Below the pieces are notes generated by a model that saw only the letters and a program-made list of their open reading frames with translations, did no database searches and was not told where the DNA came from. A stretch of DNA of 64,000 nucleotides from contig OZ365113.1 in the NCBI GenBank assembly GCA_977030845.1, positions 20,646,001 to 20,710,000 on the forward strand, given 5' to 3'. The DNA is from Fimbriosthenelais zetlandica (taxonomy: Eukaryota). Below are positions 55,336-64,000 of this stretch, one piece after another. Positions within the stretch are counted from its first letter, which is position 1, and every line of letters starts with the position of its first letter. A program made the translations under genes and the position numbers.

Positions 55336-58300
55336 CCCAATACATAGTTCGTAGATTCCGCCATATTGGTCTGTAACCACAAAGATTCTGTGACGCGCTA
55401 GCAGTAAAACCCTGATTTATCCACGTATTTAGGATTCCTTTAAATTATTGTTCATTTTAACTATGTCACCATTTCTTTAGTCAGGTTATAATGAGAACGT
55501 TCGGACTGGCAGCTGTATGATCAAATACAATCCACACTTTTCAATGAGTCACGTTCTCTATTATTATGACCATCAGCATCAAACGCACGCCGTTTTTGAA
55601 CAGGAACTTCAATTGCAGACCAAATAAAAGGCCTGCCTTGCTTTCTTGACTTCTATTAATTTTCACGATTCATTTTCTTTAGAGGAAATCACTTGGCTGT
55701 AGTGAAGGACGCTTGGTCAGAGGGTGGAGAATTAAAAAGACCCGGATTAATCAAACACAGGAGGAATTATCACCATGAGATCCGCCATCCAGCAAGGATT
55801 TCAAGCAGCAGGCCCGCTCAGTTTTTATCCACTACAATCGGATTCTACCTCACAAGAAGTCACCGGGTGTAAGGATGAATTCAAGCTTGACTTGTTCATA
55901 GATAATTTGTTGAAACAAACAAGTGGTGGACTTGGCTGGTGCCTGAGCCTCGAGTTCTAAATTTAACCTACCTCCTGATAATTTGAACTGGGCTTTCTAT
56001 AAAATAACTCTCTCATAAAATCTCCCCATCGTGGATTCATGTCAGCTGTCTTGGGAACTTCTATTTCAAGAGTCAGATGCATTCAAAGAAGAAATGCATT
56101 AAAATCACTGGATTTGCAAGACACAAATCTCACTCGACAATGTTGCTGTTGCACAGATGGCAATTCTAGCAACTGGAAAACAGTGTCCCACAAATGAGCA
56201 GAGACCCCACCTGTGACATCATTTTCTCCCGGATCTGGTTATTGAAGAAATCAATAATACAGGTCGACATGTTTCAAAGTCCTGTCCCTCTATGAAATGG
56301 AAAGGCGGAGATATCTGAACCAGAGGTTTCAAATAGGGCATGCATGAACGTCCAGGGTTTTCTGATACTGGCCTTGGTAAATGAATAGTCGAAATGTAGG
56401 TTGAGAGGACAATGGGGATTTTGACGGGTAGGCATCAAGTTGGGCCTAATTAAATTATTATTCGATGTCACTTTTTCAAAACAAAACAAAGATCAAATAT
56501 TGAGCACAGAACATCAACTTTGGTTCATTTGGTTGAATATATGACATTAAAAAATTAATTATAATTAAAATAGAACCTGTCTTAGGGCAACAAACTGCAG
56601 GACACATGGATCTTATGGAATCCTTAACCTTCCATTCATAACCCGAATACCATGTAATACATTCCCATCAAGCTCTGCCTATAGCTATAACCATCCAATA
56701 AACACCCTCTTTTGCACGTAGCAATTCTGAAGGGTAACTTCACTCATACATATGAATAGGCTCACAAAGACCCGCTCTAGACTGCCTTGAACCAAGGAAA
56801 ATGGTAATCCTTCCTAATCCATTTAGGCAAATGTTGAGTAAATCTATCGAAGAACTCTCATAATCGGATTTTCAGCCGCCCTAAATCCAAAGATGTGGAA
56901 AACAGGGAAGAGCGCGAAAATGGAAGCCGTCTTCCTGAGGGAACCATGAACTTTGTACCGAAGGAATTAGCTGTTGGGCATTGATGGGCAGAGGTCATCA
57001 TGTTTTATTATTGGCACCTGGTTTTATTTGCACACAAAGGATCAGTCAATAATGTTGATAGGTGGGATTATAGGGGTGTTTTCACGGATATGAAACTGTG
57101 GCTAATAAACCAGGCGTGTTAATCTTACATGAGCCCCTTATACTAAAGTTTGTTTTGACATTTGACTTCTTGTAAGTTATTTCCTTTGCATGGTTGATTC
57201 TTACCAAGGATAGTCTATTATAGAAAGGAGCATTGGAATAGGATCCATACAGAAATGTTCCTTAATTTGACTATGTCTTATTATAATATTATTACAGGGT
57301 ACTATTAATAATTTGGATTGTGGTATGTTGAATAATGATATCCTTCATTATAAGTGTCTTCGTGAGCTATAGTGAACACATTATAAACTGAAGGAAATAG
57401 AGGAATGCGCATTATGTTCAATTGTTGTGCATTCAAAGACCCTTGCATTGGTGCTTTGTGCCACGTAAAGGAGAACTGGACGTTAGTACACAACACTGAA
57501 TTGCCTTCCTACCAATGCACATACAAGGAACCCTCATCCAGACATTATTGAATGCCATAGAGCATTCCTTAGCTGGCAGGCAAGGTTCCAAGATCCTCTG
57601 AGATGCCGTACAATGTCTCTGAACGATTCTTCTCCACCAATTGGTATATATGTGGAAGGCAGTGGGTAATTCTGCATGGAATTGGCTTCTTACTTATGGT
57701 ATGTAGAGGCTGTTGAATTGGCTCTGTCCCTAGGGGGCATCTTTTTCCCATCTAAAGCATCCCACGGAAGGAAGTTCCCAGATGTTCCATTTCTTCCTTT
57801 TACGGAAGGGAGGGAGGGACACGGCTTGGGTAGTTGTAGACTGAATTCAGTGTGGAGAGGCAATGCCATACATTTTCCTATAGCCCCGTTGCAGAATACA
57901 AATATATGCAAGTAGTTAGAGACTTAAATTGTGGACTTTTTGAAATGTACTTATTTTAGGGTACGATGTAGATTCAACCTGTTCCATTCCTCCTTTATAT
58001 GACTGGTGTTAAGTAATACAGGACTCACTTCCACACTGACCTTGGTGTTAAACCATTTGCATGCCGTCCTGCAATCATATAAGTACACATTGAAGCCATA
58101 ATAGGCCATATCTGGACATGCGTAATTCACTGTGTAAATCCATCTTCACCAAAATGGGCAGCAGGGAGTAAAGACAGTCATAGAGATAATGGGCGATAAT
58201 AGCCCCATGTCTTGACTCTTTGCGAGCATTTTGGTACCCCTGGTAGAAGCTGAAGTGCCACTTTTTGTTAATACTAATGCGTGGTCTTACCCAGAGCCGT

Positions 58301-58543
58301 TTTCAACCCAGTCCACAGGGAACTAGACATTCTAGTACAAAAGGTCAGGAAGAATATATCCCTGCTTTTGTTTTGCATTTGATACACATGTTGCTCTAGG
58401 TCCACATCCTTAAGATCATGTCCCATTGTACATAAATGGAAGCATAAAAACTGTAAATTGAACTATGTGTGAAGTAAGTTTCTTTCCTTATTCTTTGAAT
58501 ATTTATAAACGTATGGCTAAATGTATTTGGTAGCACAATCAAC

Positions 58544-58571
58544 AATAGTATACTAACGATAGTATACTATT
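58544..58571. repeat. Perfect 12-bp inverted repeat with 4-nt loop (cruciform-capable)
   Basis: AATAGTATACTA-ACGA-TAGTATACTATT. Confidence 0.8.
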
Positions 58572-59200
58572 CATGGTACCATTACAAAATACTCTGTGTA
58601 TTGTACTCGATAATTCTGTTCGGCCTCAATGACAGCTATAAGTAGCTCACTAGAATTTATCATCAAATAATTCATGCTTGATTTAATATTATTGCATACG
58701 ACATTCAGTGCTGCCTCTTCCCTCATCAACGGTCTATATATGTACAAAGAAGTGTACATATCTTTCCATAGAAACTACCCAGTCTTTCATATTTCATGCT
58801 TTTGTTTCGAAGAAAGCAGAGATGCTTGACAAATGAGAAGTGATACAATGTTGCTGCTGTTGGGGTGGTGTATGAATAACTCATTTGATACGGTACCGTT
58901 ATACCCCGATCATGTACACCATCTTACTGATTCTACACAAGTCTACCTATTTTCACCTACAATTTATTAAATTGTTTTAATCCTTAAAATAGATTTGATG
59001 GAAATTTGACAAAATTATCCAATCTCGGGAAGTATTGGATACGTGGACCATGTAGCAACGTCTGTGAAAACTATGGAATAGTATGAATATGACTGTATCA
59101 GCCTTTTTCTGTATTCGTCGGGGACATGGAGCTTCTTTTATAAAAAGAAAATAAGTCTTAATGCACACACATATCTCTCTACCTGTTCTCTGTATGTCAG

Positions 59201-59496
59201 AAACGCTAAAACCACCATCCATCAGACCAAAGAGTCACTTCTATCAAGAGATCACTCCGCCCCATCTCCACATCGCTAGTGGATCTGAGACCTTTGAAGC
59301 CAAGAGAGTGTATGGAATGGAAAATACCATAGGCATAAAAGATTATGCATCACCAGACTACTACTACACAGCGTATGAAGGTGGACAGGAAGAAGCTGAG
59401 ATCCATAAGTGTACATATAGTGCAATCTGGCACCTGATTGAAGTTGCTTTTCTCACTGCTCATGCTCCAACTTCACGCCATCCAGGAATATGTTGA
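59201..59496 (+). CDS. Possible terminal exon encoding a Tyr-rich, receptor-tail-like peptide
   Basis: Pyrimidine tract ATCTCTCTACCTGTTCTCTGTATGTCAG| is followed by a 98-codon open frame (phase 1) with HFYQEI, DYASPDYYYTAYE and TYSAI. No domain is recognised and no upstream partner exon was found. Confidence 0.2.
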
Positions 59497-60345
59497 ATTG
59501 TTAGTTTTTACGTAGGTGTTTGTCTAGAGCTATTTTTGATTTATTAAGCTTTAGCAAATATGTATTGGCGCAATTTGTGTACACAAAAGTGAGGAATCCC
59601 TTTAAGGACTTATCTTTTATGAGAATTTGTATGGTACATTTTGGTGGACAAACAAAATTTTATGTCAGGACTCCTGTAATTGGGGAAAATATGGATAATC
59701 ATAATTTTGTTAATAAAAATGGTAACTTAATTATTTATCTTCCCCCTTTCCCCCAATCACATCTTTTCTGTCTATCTTTTCTGTTTGTCTTTTCTATTTC
59801 CATTGGCCAAAGATCTTCCCACCTCCCACCCTATTATTATGTAGGACCTTATCCCTCGTGTCTATGCACCACAACCATCACCCAAATACTCCAACATCAA
59901 GGATGTATCCCCATTCAAAGGAACACTTGACTCTTCACAGATTCCCTACTGCTGGAATGTCTGGGCTACCTTTGCTGCACCTCAAGCAGCAAGCAGTAAT
60001 GAATCTTTCATCAGTTAGCCTGATAAAAGTCCCTTGCAGGACTGTAATCTTGTGCTTTCACCACACCAGTCAAACCCAGAAGACCCGCACCAGTGTAAGT
60101 TTAATGTGTTTCCAGTTTACACTGTGTCGGTTCATATTACAGCAAGAGTGGCGAGCATATTACTCCTATTGCTAATGGACCAGTAACACTTGGTGCGTAC
60201 AGTCAACCAATGTATGATCATGTTCAGAGAGGAAATTCAATCCTTGAGACTCCTATTTCATGACATTGGGAGAGTAGTATATAGTAGAAAGTATAGTGGC
60301 TAAGTTCCATTGTCCATTTACTTTATACCTATGTCTTTCGGACAA

Positions 60346-60600
60346 TGCGGGCGTTGCAGAATCAGATTTGCCTTGCAGAAACAAAATCTGTTTGCCAAAG
60401 AACGGTGTTGGCGAGCGGTTTCCGACCAGAAAATACATGCATGGCATAAACCCACCGCTCGCGAGTTTCTGCTCGCCAAAATTAGGCCAAAGCCTATGTA
60501 TTTCTATGGGTTGTTGGCGAAAGACATCGCAAAAAATAGGCAAAAATGGGTGATTCAGCGATGCAAATCGCGAAGCAAAATTCTTTCTGCAACGCCCGCA
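60346..60600. mobile_element. MITE-like non-autonomous DNA element, 255 bp, with a perfect 16-bp terminal inverted repeat
   Basis: TGCGGGCGTTGCAGAA (60346-60361) is the exact reverse complement of TTCTGCAACGCCCGCA (60585-60600), and imperfect pairing continues inward. A nested inverted repeat TTGGCGAGC (60408-60416) / GCTCGCCAA (60471-60479) lies inside. The element is CpG-rich relative to its flanks. No clear TSD. Confidence 0.7.
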
Positions 60601-62167
60601 ATATCAGTCAAAATCAGAACTGGGTGATCATTATTCAGAATATATTTGATGAGTAATACAACTGCTTTTAATAAATTGCCCTATAATCAGGAATTTATCT
60701 CGCTCAGAAAGAAATAATCATAGGCCAAATCAGCATTCTGTAATAGCTGGTTAGGCCGCAGTAGCCATAAGTAGCTATAGTTAATCGTCGTAGGCTTTAT
60801 CATCATGTGAATGATTTACCAATGAATTAATCTTCTACTTCCCTCATGTCTCCCGACCTGCCTTTATGTTGCCAATATACGTTGCATCATCCATCAAAGA
60901 GAGGAGCCAACTGCTGCCAATCAACCAGACAAATGGTCCATAGAAAGCTGCATGTGTAACGATAAACATAGACCGATTAGCTTGTTAATCGATAAGCAAT
61001 TGCTTCCTGCTCTAGGGCTATAGTTGTTTGTAATGTGCATCCTAGGAAATTGAGACGAGTTTGTTGGTGCCATATTTAAAGGTTTAACTAAGGAATAACT
61101 ACACCATTGGTATAGTGAGGTTTATGTTCGTTTGGGATATAACGTGACAATGAATGAATAAATGGTCAAGAAAAATGTTGTCAGTTTAGGAGGAAGGGAG
61201 GATTAAAGGACACTGGTGAAAGTTAACTATTTAGAAAGCTGGAAACAATGCTATTCATCCTGGACATAGAGGGCTATTATTCTCATAAATCATGGCTTAC
61301 ATGTTAGGACCAATCCTCATGTAGCCCAATGGTCTTGTGCAGTATTGTCTGGCCATGTCTTCATAAGTGAACACTTTGCTTTTGGGAAATGCCCGTAGGA
61401 ATATAAAGAAACAAGCTTAAAGTACTTTTCCTTCCGGTCCTGCATTCTAATAGTGATTATTTTATCTATAGAAGTATATTCGTGAGAACTATAAGTGTGT
61501 AACTATTATTAATGAAAGTCAATGGCTAGAGCACGATTGGGACAAGCCATGCATGGATCGTTGGACCAACAAAAGTTTAGAGTGTCGTTTTCCCCTAGCA
61601 CACTTCCTTAATTTTTTCCCCACCACATGGACATTTCCCTGTTGTAATAACCAAACGAAGTAAATGGGTTTGTGTGATGTGAAAAAGATGGAAGACCATC
61701 CCTCCGTCTCCGTCTCTGGCTAGCTGACCGCCTACAGGCAATGACTCCCCAGATGGTTGACCATTGTTTGGTCTTCAAATTGAATACCCTTGGCCGGTCA
61801 TAGCTCACGAGGCAATGCTGCTTGGTGGGGACAGTTACAGGGGCCAAAAAAACGAGAATAAAAAACTGCCATGTATGAATTCCCTGTAGTCTGTACATTC
61901 ATGTCCCCCACCTAAACAGTAGTCCAAATATCTAACCACCTGTATTATGCATAGTTATTATGATTAATCTAAAGAGAGTGTGATACCCCCAGCAAAGCAT
62001 GGTCAAGTGTGAGACAGAGCGTCATAATTATATCCACTCAATTCTTGCTATTTATATGAGCATAATCAAGGATTGTATAGCGTCATTTATAGGGTGAGTC
62101 CTTCCATAAATATATTTCATTGAGTGTCCAAAATCATGATTTTGATCTTCAGATTATATAGAACGGT

Positions 62168-62245
62168 GGATGCATGCATGCATGGATGGATGAATCATGC
62201 TTTGACATATGTTTGATGAAAAATGATGGGAGGGTGGGTGGGTGG
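62168..62245 (+). repeat. Compound (ATGC)/(ATGG) repeat plus GGGAGGGTGGGTGGG G-run cluster
   Basis: GATGCATGCATGCATGGATGGATG at about 62169-62192 and four G3 runs at 62228-62242. Confidence 0.7.
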
Positions 62246-64000
62246 TAGAAAGGACAGAGGTTGAAGGGCAGCAAGGAGGGATCGAGGTGGAATAAAGAAT
62301 TATTAATACTTTTCCTAGATTTAGTGAAATCAATTAGAGTGTATCCTTACAAAGAGAGGTTATTTGCAAAGCTAATGGACGGCTATAAGGGAAAGCTGCA
62401 TATGAAAATGGTAGCCTCAGTCCTGTGTGGGTAGGATATACTTTATCATCATTGCGTTCCTTACATATGACTTATGGCCAGTTGGAGGTTGAGGGTGACA
62501 TAAAGAGAAGACAGACGGTTAAAAAGTCTGGCCCCACAAGGCCCACACTACCGTATATCACCGCTTATAATCCGGCCAATTTGTTGATAAATTTAGGCCT
62601 GGAGGATCCAGTGGATTCCAAGCGTAAAGAATGGCGTCCTAAATCTTGCCAGCTCTTACTGCGGCCCGCACACTTGTGGGATCATATTGATTCCACAGCA
62701 GCTGAAGGTTTCCATGCACCAACAAAAAACCCACTTTTTATCCTTCTTTCTATTAAGTCATAATGATTGTCCGATCACATTATATCAGTAATAAGACATC
62801 TAATGTTCAGCAAACCCACAATGAAATATACTGGTTATTACTTTTATGTGATCTAGACATCATTGCAGTGGGATGTTCCAATTCATTTATCTAGATATTA
62901 TTTTTGAATATAAATAGATCTATATTATTATTATTGAATATTCTGCATTCATGTATATAGGAGGGTAACACGTTTGTTTCCATTCATCAATAATTTTTAT
63001 GCATAATGCAACAAGTCAAAACTATATATTTCTGAGTTTTTTCGCCTTGAATAACTCACCGACAAAAGGAGTATCTGGTTAAAATAAGTGGCACGATTTA
63101 TGATACATAGGCCCAGCACCGAAACATATTGGTCATAAAGTCAAATTATCAATAGGACATGAGAGTAATGAAGCAATAAAAATCAACATCACATGAATAT
63201 TCATCATTTGTCAAGCATGGGAGTAAGGCTGGTAAGTGATATCAGGATGTATCCATAAAATACCATTAGTATCAGCCAAATGGAGTTCAATCCTAAAAAG
63301 TTCTTTTATTCCCATCATTCGCATCATATTATACAATATAGAAGGTCGTTACCTGAGTGAGTAAATGAATTGTATAGTGAAAAATGACGCAGTGTTTACA
63401 TTTTGCTATTATGTAGCGTAGTCTCATGGCAAGTGGATGTACTATAGAACTTTGTGATAAAATATTGATTTTGATTCTCCACCCCTTGGGCCCTAATCCC
63501 ACCAAAAGACTTGTATACTTGAAAGAAATAAGGGCGGGTTCCGCCTTGCATGGAACTTCCCAATGGATCCAAGCCTTAAGCTTTTCCCTTTAGTGTAATC
63601 TTTCTAACAAGGACATTGCCGTGTTTGGGTGCCACTTGAACTAATGCCTCTCCTCTTATTGGAAGAATTATGGCATGGGTAGAGTGTGAAGCACAGAAGG
63701 CATGTGATATAGCGGCGCCTTATCTAATCTCCTTATCTCTGTCTGTATATGACCAGGGTATCCATGGTCCGGGCCACACGCTCCGTTTGTTTCCAATGTT
63801 CGCTTAGAATTATGTGACAAGAAAAGCTATCAATAAGATCTATCGCGTATAGGACGGTAAAGAGCATCCATGGGAACTCTCCGCAAAAACTATATTATAG
63901 TTTCGGTGCTTACTATCTGCTGGCTTATTTGGCCTTTTTGATGCGGTGTTCATTTTAAGGACTTCCACAGGCATGCCTTTATGACATTGCATTAAAAAGA

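Noticed and set aside
57694-57877. Possible minus-strand exon (GKCMALP...TYH, donor gtaaga)
   Set aside because: The acceptor lacks a polypyrimidine tract and no domain is recognisable.
218-62763. Remaining ~170 short ORFs in the track
   Set aside because: Lengths of 60-147 aa and frequent overlap on both strands match random expectation for non-coding DNA. No domains are recognised.

Overview
This looks like AT-rich (about 38-40% GC by eye, not counted), CpG-poor eukaryotic non-coding DNA, not prokaryotic or viral. The longest six-frame ORF is 147 aa. I find no operons, rRNA, intact tRNA or CRISPR array. Frequent TACATGTA/TAACGTTA words and MITE-like ends suggest a marine invertebrate (amphioxus, echinoderm or mollusc style); this is an impression only. 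One exon is clearly intact: a phase 1-1 Ig I-set exon at 7578-7868 (-), resembling the last Ig domain of L1/neuroglian/contactin-type adhesion proteins. About 320 bp downstream lies a stop-riddled FN3-like remnant. The best unexplained structure is a hierarchical repeat at 41849-42667: 10-bp phased blocks build a 59-bp unit, and six units alternate in a ~306-328 bp dimer. There are also two MITE-like elements (a perfect 16-bp TIR pair at 60346-60600, an imperfect pair at 26465-26564) with scattered relatives. Low-confidence items include several LINE endonuclease/RT motif relics, tRNA-SINE B-box remnants, G4-type microsatellites and an AT-rich cruciform. Many protein-like stretches are only motif-level 'ghosts', so either heavy ancient decay or a non-natural (model-generated) origin is possible. 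A BLASTN would settle this.
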